From: Orbicella franksi
Taxonomy: Eukaryota
Reading direction: 5' to 3'
Length of the DNA stretch: 64,000 nt
NCBI GenBank assembly: GCA_964199315.1
Contig: OZ116708.1
Span: 13,826,001-13,890,000 of the forward strand
The translations under genes and the position numbers were made by a program. This document shows positions 28,201-35,214 of this stretch, one piece after another; the first letter of the stretch is position 1; every line of letters begins with the position of its first letter. The notes under the pieces were generated by a model, which was not told the DNA's origin, searched no databases, and saw nothing but the letters and a program-made list of their open reading frames with translations.

Positions 28201-31200
28201 ACAAGAATACATTCAAATATTTTTACTTCATTGTATTAATTAGAAAGTGAAGTCTCTGTGTGTGCCAGGTAGTTTTAATCCAGATTTTAGCATGAAGCAA
28301 CCAGATGTATACATGAGACACCAGTCCGTTGCAGGGTTACCTCCCAGAATTTAACTTGCAGGTAACCATTCGTACACTTGGGTGGAGAGAGGCACTGTTA
28401 GAACAAACTGCCTACCCCAAGAACATAATGCGATGACCCACTGGGACAGGGCTGGAACACCGGAGTCGATCCATACTCCAGCTCTTCCTACACTGTATTA
28501 TGTATGCATGCATACTCATAACTAAGGAATTTTGGAAGCTTAAGTATTCACCATTGCAACTACTAAACATTTGAATTTCTTGGTTTCCTGCGACCACACA
28601 AACAAAATGAAGTTAGAGTGCTATTCTCCGAACCGTTGAAATCGTTTCTATTTTTTTTTTAATAGCATATACTGTATAGCTACTATTTATTTGTGGTTTA
28701 CTGAAAAACTTCGATAGAAATAATAATATTAGAGCTGTCCGACGTTTCGATATTGCTGACATCATTATCAAGGTAAAAGTGACAGTTTTAACGCGGTGTG
28801 AATATAAATTGGTGGAACAAGAATAATAGACATTTTCTTGTGATCTCACATAAATAGTTTTGAGTAGTAGAGTCAGTTTGCGCGTTCAAAGCTGGCTTGA
28901 GATCTTGAAAAGTTAACATTTCGTGGATAAGACAATCGAATTTGTTTTGTTGCCTTTTTTGAATAATGAAACGTTAATTGAAAACGGTTTTGAGATCCTT
29001 TGCGTGTCTGAAGATGTGCTTTCGAATTGACAAATTCAGAAAATTCCAATTGACAAATTCAATAATTGTACCTTATTATATTGTGTTCTTACATTGTAGC
29101 CACTTCTGGGGAAGAAGGTAGGAGATCTCTGATGAGAGAAATTGAACTGGGAAAACTTCTTGCAGAAAAACCTCAGCCAAACATTGTTGAGTTTATTGGC
29201 TGTGTTACAACCCAAGGTGAAAGTTGCAATTATTTTGCTTGGCAAGTGAACTGTGGAAAATAATTATTTCATGTATGACTTGAGATGAAATGTAATATAG
29301 GTTTATGTAGAATGAATGATGTGAACTGCAGAAATGCAAATGAAATTAAAATGTGATCATCTCAGTTATTGCAATTTAAGCCAAAGCCTGCTTAACCCCT
29401 GGGAGAAAATGAAACACTGTCAACATTGGCAAAGTTCCTCATTTTCAAACAAAACAAAACGAGTGTCTAACAAGACAACAAATTGACATGTCAGAGTCCC
29501 AGATCTGGACCACTCAATCCTATGTCCAATATAGTAATTATTAGGTTGCCACGTCATTGAAATTTCCCAAAAATATAGAATGCCTCAAAAGGTAGGTTGA
29601 CTGTAGATTATTATTCTTGATCATGCTCTCATGCTCTTAGTTCATCCAATGATGATCATGGAGTACTTGGCATGTGGTGACCTGCTGGGTTATCTGAGGA
29701 AAAGCCGTGGAATTCATGATAAGTATCATCTTGGACAGGGGAGTGTTCCAGAGCTGGAAATATATGACCTAGTGCTGTTTGCCAAACAAATTGCTGCTGG
29801 TATGGTTTTTCTTGGATCCAGAGGGGTAAGTAAACATCTCACAGAAATCAGACTGCAACAGAATTCCACAGGCTAAGTCCACATTTGGACAGACTCTAAA
29901 TCTGCCACTGGTAACTACAGTGTAGTATGTTGGTGTACTATGATTTTCAAAGCATATATTCTTTGATAAACTTCCTACGGTACATTGTGTAAGGTTAATA
30001 AATAGACTTCTTGTTGCTGTGCGACTGTTTAGTGACTTATTAAGGTGATGTCAGCGTGCGATAAGAACAAAAAAGTAGCAAAAAAGAAAAAAAAACAAAC
30101 GTTATCACGTTTCCATAACATGAAGGGTCTAGGAGTATGCCCAATCCTCCCCTGGGATTTTTTTTCTTTTTTTTTGGGGGGGGGGGGGAATTAGTTTTAT
30201 TATGTTTGCTTACACTTTACAATACTTATGCTGCAACGTTACACTAATACCATACAATGAAAAGCTACATACACTACATACAAAAAAACACAGCTACCCT
30301 GTCTTAGCTACCCTGTAAATTCGACTCAAAATAAAGTTATGTATGTACTGCAGTTATGCAATAGGGCTCTCTACATTACAGTAGAAGGTTTGAACCCAAC
30401 GCTTTATGCTATCACCAAAGTTAAACTTGAACAACCGGCCACTCAACTATGTCAAAGGCTTTCGTAAACTCCAGCTGGAGCAAAATGCCAGGAACGTTCT
30501 GTAATTCAGTTTGCTCAAGAATCTCATTTATCTATCTAATATTTTGACCAATGAATCGATCTTTCATGAAACCGGATTGGTCACAATGTATTAAAGTTGG
30601 TATTACTTTTTTAATTGTCGATGCTTTAGCTTTTGAAGCAATTTTATAATTCACTTTTCATACGGTGATTGGGTGCCAGTTTGACAGCTCATGATCAAGG
30701 AAGTTGGAGTCGTCTTTCGGAATCAGTGTAATAACTCGATCCTTTCCTTTGAGAAATAGACATTTCCCCGTGGAAGTAAGCTGCGTTGAGAATTGCAAGA
30801 AAATCTGGCGTAAGAAGCTCAAGAACTGAACTTTAAACCGCCAACATAAAATCTGCCGGTACTCATTTTATAGACCTGGGTGGGAGGGGCATTGCGAAAA
30901 TAAAGTGTGTCAGCCAAAGGCACTTCCAAATATTCCCCGACCACTTAATCTAGAGTTTAGCATAGTAACCCACTTTTGGTGATATGTATATTGAAAATAT
31001 TTAGTACTTTCTCACTGCTCAAGAATTGTAAGGTTTCCCAGGTGCTTTCAATCAACTTTTCAACATGTTGATTGCAGCTTTTGAATTCTTTTAAGCGGTT
31101 AAGTCTTCTCCTATCCCTGGATTGGAATATAACACTGACTTCCTCTAAAGATTTAGTTTAAATTGAAGGACCCAGGTTTCAAAAACCAGGGAAAGAGTCT

Positions 31201-34200
31201 AGACCTTTTTTCCAAAGGGTAAAAACTAAATGGTGCTTTTTGACAACTGTTTTATTCAAAATGTAAAATAATATATATTTGTAGATAATCCATCGTGACC
31301 TGGCAGCTCGTAATGTTCTTCTTGATGACAACTTTGTTTGCAAAGTTACCGACTTTGGTCTGGCTTATCAAGATTTTAAGTATGGACATGGAAATGCTAA
31401 AAAGGTATATCTATTTATAATTTTACAAAGCCATTACACAACTAACACAATAACTGGTGCGGAGGGAAACAGTTTTAACTGTTTAAAAGAACTTAAAAGG
31501 TGGGTCACAACTGTTACCAGGGTTTTTCGCATTTTTTTTGCTGAATCAATTACGGCCACTCTTTTTTGTTGATGTTGTGATTAGCATTTTAAAATAGGTA
31601 TTTTTGCCAAGTTTAAAAGTGGCAGGGGTTTCAGAGCCACTTTGTCTTTTTTGGACGTTAATTGGCTAATAGAGATTTTCAACAAAACATACTGAGTGTT
31701 CACTAACAAGCTTTACACTGTTGTATTTACAGGGCTGTATGCCAATCAAATGGACTGCACCTCAGATTCTGTCAGGAAATGTTGCTGAGCTCTCAACCCA
31801 AAGTGATGTGTATGTACAATATAGATTTTTCCTGCTGCCCTCGTCAGTTGAGGCTCTGTGATACAAGTCCATTTTTCTTGCAACTCGCCTCGCAATTTTG
31901 TTGCGCAGTTGCGAAACAACTGAAGTTCTAAGAGACGTTGCCTAGTGTAGCATTTTCTGACATGAACAACGTAGCGAAAATCGAGCTTAATTCTACCTTG
32001 TGAAACGGTTACTGCAACAAAACCGTTGCGAGACATGTTCATTTCCAGGGGTTATACGCTAAGGAATTTCTCGGCGAGAGACAAGTTGTGAGAAATATTA
32101 GGTAGTGTAATAGCACATTTAATCTCATTATTTTCATCAAAACGAAAAGATAAAGCAAGTAACTACTTCCAGAAATACTGCTTGCCATTGCTGCAACAAA
32201 TTCTGGCTGGATTTGGTAGACAGAGCAGATGAGATAATCGACTACCATTATAATAAGCATGAAAGCTTATTCTCCAGTCGCACAAAGACTCATGGTCAAA
32301 TAATGACATTTGCGTTAATTGTTTAGGTCTAAAATTGCAAATTAGTCGTCCAGCGATTTTAATCTGGGGTTTACTATGAGCTTCATAAATTTGCCAGAAT
32401 TTTGAAGCACGAGAAAAACAACCATAATTTTATTATAATTTCACCTTGTATTCTTCGATCTGTAGAATTCTAGTATACACTCTCACTTGATCTTTAAAAC
32501 AGTAACATGATTAGTCTATTGTGTAACTTCTGTTCTTGTCTATAGTACACTAGTATATTCAGCTTTGATCTATATTACTAATTTACAGGTGGTCTTATGG
32601 AATTGTCTTGTACGAGATCTTCACCATCGGTAAGTTTAAAAATTTGTTGAATATCGACAGCAATAAGAATAATAAAGACAAAAGGAAGCTGAAACTAAAA
32701 TGGTAAACACCTAGTTAGCAGCTCACAGCACACTTACATTGAGGGATAGATTGCTCTAAGCCGAAAGAGTGTTTTTCTTTAGACTAACTCATAACTGAGT
32801 TAAAACACACCTGTATTCCTTGACAGGAGGAATTCCATACCCAGGATGGTCAGAAGGAAGAGTGGTTCAAGCAGTCCTGAATGGATATCAAATGCCAAAG
32901 CCTGACCACATTGACGACCAATTGTAAATTTATTAATCACTATTTAAGTGTTTACCTTAAGTTATTAATTGTAAGCGCGTTCTTAACGTGCCAACGATAA
33001 CTTTTCTATTATTATTATTGTGATATCTGGTTTTCGCTGACTATTGGCCGATATGGAACACGATATGCACACTTATTGTTTATTCTTTATTTCTGGCTTA
33101 AAATATCTAAAATTCTTCATTTCCTCCTCGTTTTCTTTAAGCAGAAGTCAACTTGAGTGCGCCATGGACCTAATTGACCATTTTCTTACAGTCTAAATGC
33201 AATGTGAACAATTATTGCCTCAATATTCAAAGGATGTTAAAAAGTCTGACCATTTTTAACAGATATTCTGGTGTCTTATAAATGCCTGCAAGTTTTTGGC
33301 AATCATTTTATGCAGCACAAATTGTTCACCTTAACCAAAGTTCAGTTGAAATTACTTAAGGGAAGGTATTACTTTTACGTAATTCTTCTCTCAGGCGTTT
33401 TGAAAATTATTATTTAAAAAAAAAAAAAACATGTAGTAAGATCAGACTAGTAATGGCTATGAATTTCAACGTGTCCATTTTTAGGTATGATGTAATGACC
33501 AGGTGCTGGAACTTAAACCCAGACTTCCGTCTTCCTTTTGAAAACCTACGAAAAAGAATGGATACATACCTTCGTGAGGAGGTTTGTGATAATGAGCCAA
33601 TCAATAACCTAGGTTAACAGAATTCTATGAACTTGGCTCTAAAACACGATGATTGTAATTGCAGAAATATTCTCTCACTAAAAAAAAAGCCGTTTTCAAA
33701 ATCCGATAGGAAATCGAGAAATTTCCGTTTGTAGTGGACAAAACCTTGTACCAGAATAATATCAGATATTTTACAGTCCTTTTTTACATTTTCTTAAAGT
33801 TAAAGATGTAAATGGTTGCTTGAAATAACACAGGTAACAAATTCCTAAGGGAACTCGAGAAAATAAATTTCAAAGTTCAGAGAAAATGCGCAAACACAGG
33901 TAAAATTTCATCATCAATTTCATTTCACCAGTACTTTCAAGTGTTGAAAATTAGTTTTCGACTACTGGTGTTAATAGAAATGATTTTTGTTAGAAGATAT
34001 CTAAAACAGTGGCACAGAAGTTTGCAAAACGATGTAAATAATCACGGTACAAAGTTTCTGTCCACTTGCCACTCGAACTTGTGGTGTATTTTTATCTGTT
34101 AGAACTTCCTTTTTAATCTCTTAGAACTATCATTTTAGCTCTGTTAGTTTTGTAAAGTGCTTAGAACAGAACGCTATATAAATATCTATTACTGCTACTA

Positions 34201-34427
34201 TTACTAATACTATTACTATTTTCTCTTAATGCTTAAAACCTCTCGTTGTACTCATTTCTTATAATTATTCCTTCCAGACATACACGGAATTGGTCCACAT
34301 GGGAAAATATGATAGCGTGAAATACTCTAAGGTTGAAGATCTTGGAGCTCAGGATGAACCACCAAGTGAGCAAGTCAAGACGAGCACCACTGGAAAGAAA
34401 TTGGGAAAATGGTCGAGTGTCCGTTAA
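162..34427 (+). CDS. Receptor tyrosine kinase, 22 coding exons, ~1262 aa: SP-TSP1-TSP1-SRCR-SRCR-Ig x6-TM-tyrosine kinase-Tyr-motif tail
   Basis: Hand-spliced join 162-225,7658-7822,9712-9885,13859-14134,14779-15102,16827-17087,18344-18622,18967-19209,19751-20002,21082-21354,22854-23135,24397-24504,25164-25176,26341-26531,29100-29216,29641-29825,31285-31404,31733-31809,32589-32629,32827-32923,33485-33581,34278-34427. All introns are GT-AG, the phases chain, and the total is 3789 nt with no internal stop. Motifs: [21 protein letters not shown]. Confidence 0.9.
1428..1912 (+). repeat. Interspersed non-coding repeat family, copy A (MITE-free)
   Basis: Collinear with 9050-9640 and with the reverse complement of 58860-59585 (gatattggatatccatgttatggtcaactg..acctgtcaaaataaggtatccg). 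Confidence 0.8.
2435..2494. repeat. 22-bp tandem repeat x2.7
   Basis: ttaaatgacatatttcgtatat repeated; starts at the ttaa ending a gagccaccttaa element terminus. Confidence 0.85.
3860..4510 (+). repeat. Degenerate tandem array of 4 units (146-209 bp spacing)
   Basis: Core ttcatgtgga(a)tgt..gggaacaaaccag at 3873, 4076, 4222 and 4431. Confidence 0.7.
5345..6095 (+). repeat. Interspersed repeat, second copy at ~33680-34090
   Basis: Shared blocks ggaaatcgag..aaccttgtaccagaataa; gggaactcgag..tttcaaagttcagagaaa..aaacacaggtaaaatttca..agtactttcaagtgtt; gtccacttg..actcgaactt. Confidence 0.75.
7658..7822 (+). CDS. RTK exon, thrombospondin type-1 repeat 1
   Basis: [55 protein letters not shown]: WxxWxxW, CSVTCG and RxR motifs; phase 1-1. 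Confidence 0.93.
9050..9640 (+). repeat. Same repeat family, copy B (MITE-containing)
   Basis: ccgccaagcggagcccc start and cttgcctaaat end; MITE at the CAG site. Confidence 0.8.
9366..9601. mobile_element. PIF/Harbinger-type MITE, TIR GGCCGGGTTGTT, 3-bp TSD CAG
   Basis: CAG|ggccgggttgtttgaaagc...ttttgaacaacccggcc|CAG; the empty site aatCAGgagctc is seen at 1872-1874. Confidence 0.85.
9712..9885 (+). CDS. RTK exon, thrombospondin type-1 repeat 2
   Basis: [58 protein letters not shown]; phase 1-1. Confidence 0.92.
11150..12590 (-). mobile_element. L1/Tx1-clade LINE, degraded 3' half of ORF2
   Basis: Minus strand shows QFADDT (RT catalytic motif, 12491-12508), [20 protein letters not shown] and [11 protein letters not shown], with frameshifts. 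Confidence 0.85.
13615..13650. repeat. (TA)n microsatellite
   Basis: Direct reading. Confidence 0.95.
13859..14134 (+). CDS. RTK exon, divergent/truncated SRCR domain 1
   Basis: [33 protein letters not shown]...LTCEAMGY; SRCR N-terminal pattern; tttatcag acceptor, AAAG|gtagt donor, phase 1-1. Confidence 0.85.
14779..15102 (+). CDS. RTK exon, SRCR domain 2
   Basis: [60 protein letters not shown]: canonical SRCR; phase 1-1. Confidence 0.93.
15180..15980. repeat. Interspersed repeat ending in a ~112-bp imperfect palindrome
   Basis: cacttaatgactggcccc (15864) / ggggccagtcattaagtg (ends 15973), with paired gggaaacagt..ttttgtttcc arms. Confidence 0.6.
16827..17087 (+). CDS. RTK exon, Ig-like domain 1
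   Basis: [24 protein letters not shown] (Ig C-W-DxGxYxC); phase 1-1. Confidence 0.92.
18344..18622 (+). CDS. RTK exon, Ig-like domain 2
   Basis: [28 protein letters not shown]; phase 1-1. Confidence 0.92.
18967..19209 (+). CDS. RTK exon, Ig-like domain 3
   Basis: [30 protein letters not shown]; phase 1-1. Confidence 0.92.
19217..19283. repeat. (ATAATG)n microsatellite
   Basis: Direct reading; source of the spurious poly-Ile ORF. Confidence 0.95.
19751..20002 (+). CDS. RTK exon, Ig-like domain 4
   Basis: [32 protein letters not shown]; phase 1-1. Confidence 0.92.
21082..21354 (+). CDS. RTK exon, Ig-like domain 5
   Basis: [29 protein letters not shown]; donor TTTG|gtaag. The only phase-1-compatible acceptor nearby (gtcgaaag) is weak, so the 5' edge is less certain. 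Confidence 0.85.
21770..22147. mobile_element. Probable hAT-like MITE
   Basis: Imperfect TIR catgtttgccacag / ctgtgacgaccatg with internal gtcagggaaa repeats; TSD unclear. Confidence 0.45.
22854..23135 (+). CDS. RTK exon, Ig-like domain 6
   Basis: [26 protein letters not shown]; phase 1-1. Confidence 0.92.
23188..23214. repeat. (CAA)n microsatellite
   Basis: Direct reading. Confidence 0.95.
23519..24055. mobile_element. piggyBac-type MITE
   Basis: TTAA|ccctcatacgtacaag...cttgtacgtccgaggt|ttac: imperfect TIR with a degenerate TTAA TSD. Confidence 0.65.
24397..24504 (+). CDS. RTK exon, transmembrane helix
   Basis: [36 protein letters not shown]: hydrophobic span followed by a basic stop-transfer; acceptor cccttctcag gives phase 1. 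Confidence 0.87.
24768..25032 (-). mobile_element. tRNA-derived SINE (Deu/Nin-like body, internally deleted) with (CTAC)n tail
   Basis: Minus-strand head gaggcgtggTGGCCTCATGGttag (A box) and GGTTCGAGTCC (B box); GTAG repeats at 24768-24808 form the tail. Confidence 0.8.
25164..25176 (+). CDS. RTK 13-nt juxtamembrane microexon
   Basis: tacag|CTGTGGCCGAACT|gtaagt converts phase 1 to the phase 2 required by the acceptor at 26340. Confidence 0.6.
25298..25631. mobile_element. Kolobok-type (TTAA TSD, AG..CT ends) MITE
   Basis: tcaa|aggggcactatcacga...tcatgaaatgcccct|ttaa. Confidence 0.6.
26341..26531 (+). CDS. RTK exon, kinase subdomains I-II
   Basis: [26 protein letters not shown]; donor C|gtaag. 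Confidence 0.92.
26895..27640 (-). mobile_element. RTE-clade LINE RT fragment
   Basis: [51 protein letters not shown]; [13 protein letters not shown]; frameshifted. Confidence 0.9.
27645..27975 (-). mobile_element. Second tRNA-derived SINE-like family, partly tandem
   Basis: gaagacatgaaggatcatcgcagttata..tgtgaaatt occurs twice; degenerate tRNA head ggaacccatgatctctgc..gtgcagtgctcta; related fragment at ~21450-21535. Confidence 0.65.
28285..28490 (-). mobile_element. Degenerate copy of the same SINE family
   Basis: Shares agcatgaagcaac..agtcc.ttgcagggttac..gggtggagagaggcactgt..ccaagaaca with the 24.8-kb copy; further fragments at ~24170-24310 and ~30115-30155. Confidence 0.65.
29100..29216 (+). 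CDS. RTK exon, kinase subdomains III-IV
   Basis: [22 protein letters not shown] (alphaC Glu present); phase 1-1. Confidence 0.92.
29641..29825 (+). CDS. RTK exon, kinase subdomains V-VIa with short insert
   Basis: [39 protein letters not shown]. Confidence 0.93.
30385..30860 (-). mobile_element. L1/Tx1-clade LINE RT fragment (N-terminal RT subdomains)
   Basis: Minus strand shows [54 protein letters not shown], with stops. Confidence 0.85.
31285..31404 (+). CDS. RTK exon, catalytic loop and DFG
   Basis: [40 protein letters not shown] (not in the ORF track; read directly). Confidence 0.95.
31733..31809 (+). CDS. RTK exon, kinase subdomain VIII
   Basis: [25 protein letters not shown](V); phase 0-2. 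Confidence 0.9.
32589..32629 (+). CDS. RTK exon, kinase subdomain IX
   Basis: (V)[13 protein letters not shown](G); phase 2-1. Confidence 0.92.
32827..32923 (+). CDS. RTK exon, kinase subdomain X
   Basis: [32 protein letters not shown]; phase 1-2. Confidence 0.92.
33485..33581 (+). CDS. RTK exon, kinase subdomain XI
   Basis: (L)[32 protein letters not shown]; phase 2-0. Confidence 0.92.
33680..34090 (+). repeat. Second copy of the 5.3-6.1 kb repeat (internally deleted)
   Basis: Shares the blocks listed for 5345-6095. Confidence 0.75.
34278..34427 (+). CDS. RTK last coding exon, cytoplasmic tail
   Basis: cttccag acceptor, phase 0; [49 protein letters not shown]-stop. Confidence 0.8.
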   Translation, partial: TYTELVHMGKYDSVKYSKVEDLGAQDEPPSEQVKTSTTGKKLGKWSSVR

Positions 34428-34799
34428 ATAAGAGTAAATATGACTTACTGGTGGCTTTTACGGCTTTTATGCCCAGCAATCGTTAATTTAGTGTGTTTTG
34501 TTTAGGATGAAATAGCATTGCTATTTACCAAACTGTATATCCTTATTGAAAGGTCTGGATTGCACGAAGATAACAATTAATTCCAAATAAATGACGGCAA
34601 TTTTAAAATTCACAGACATGTTTCGGCAGAAACATCTGCCTTCATTGGTGAGTTGCAATATGTGCAAAGAGCTTAGAATGTAAGTACTGGAAAATGCTAA
34701 TGAGTACAATAGCTGGAAGAAGAGAAACATTTTCACACTTATGAAAAGCGTGAGAATTCCAATAACAAGTTTAGATTAACATGTTTGATTAGGTGATTT

Positions 34800-35214
34800 A
34801 TTCTGATTCTGAGAGCTGCCGAGTCCTAAGCACCAGGGATTGCTTTCACGTGATTGATCAAGCCGGCACCACCTTCCAGCTCAAGATCAAAGAAGCTCTG
34901 CACATTCGGTGGGAAAACCCTTCTCTCAATCATGAAATCATTTATTTGAAATTAATTGTATAATATCCTTATCCTTAAACCGTCAACGAGTAAGATATAA
35001 ATACCCATTTATCTAAGTACGTGTTATGTTAGACTGAATGGAAAGGTTTACAAATGTAAAGTTAGGTGAAGTTTCACTTTTCAACTCTCTTTATTTCCAC
35101 GCAACAAAAGTCTTAACTATAAACTGAGATTTAAAAGAAATGTGGAAGTTTGAGAACGAAAGCCCACTAGGTTAAAAAGACTTCACCTCATCTAATCTAA
35201 TATTTAACTGAAGA
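34800..35214 (+). mobile_element. Penelope-like element 3' fragment (GIY-YIG endonuclease C-terminus plus 3' region)
   Basis: SESCRVLSTRDCFHVIDQAGTTFQLKIKEALHIRWENPSLN at 34802-34948 matches the PLE end motif L.IKEA.HI.W..P.LN; lone CTGAAGA at 35208. Confidence 0.8.

Noticed and set aside
162-34427. Naming the RTK FGFR, RET or similar
   Set aside because: The kinase is generically FGFR/RET-like, but the ectodomain (TSP1, SRCR, 6 Ig) and the activation loop do not fit those classes; phylogeny is needed.
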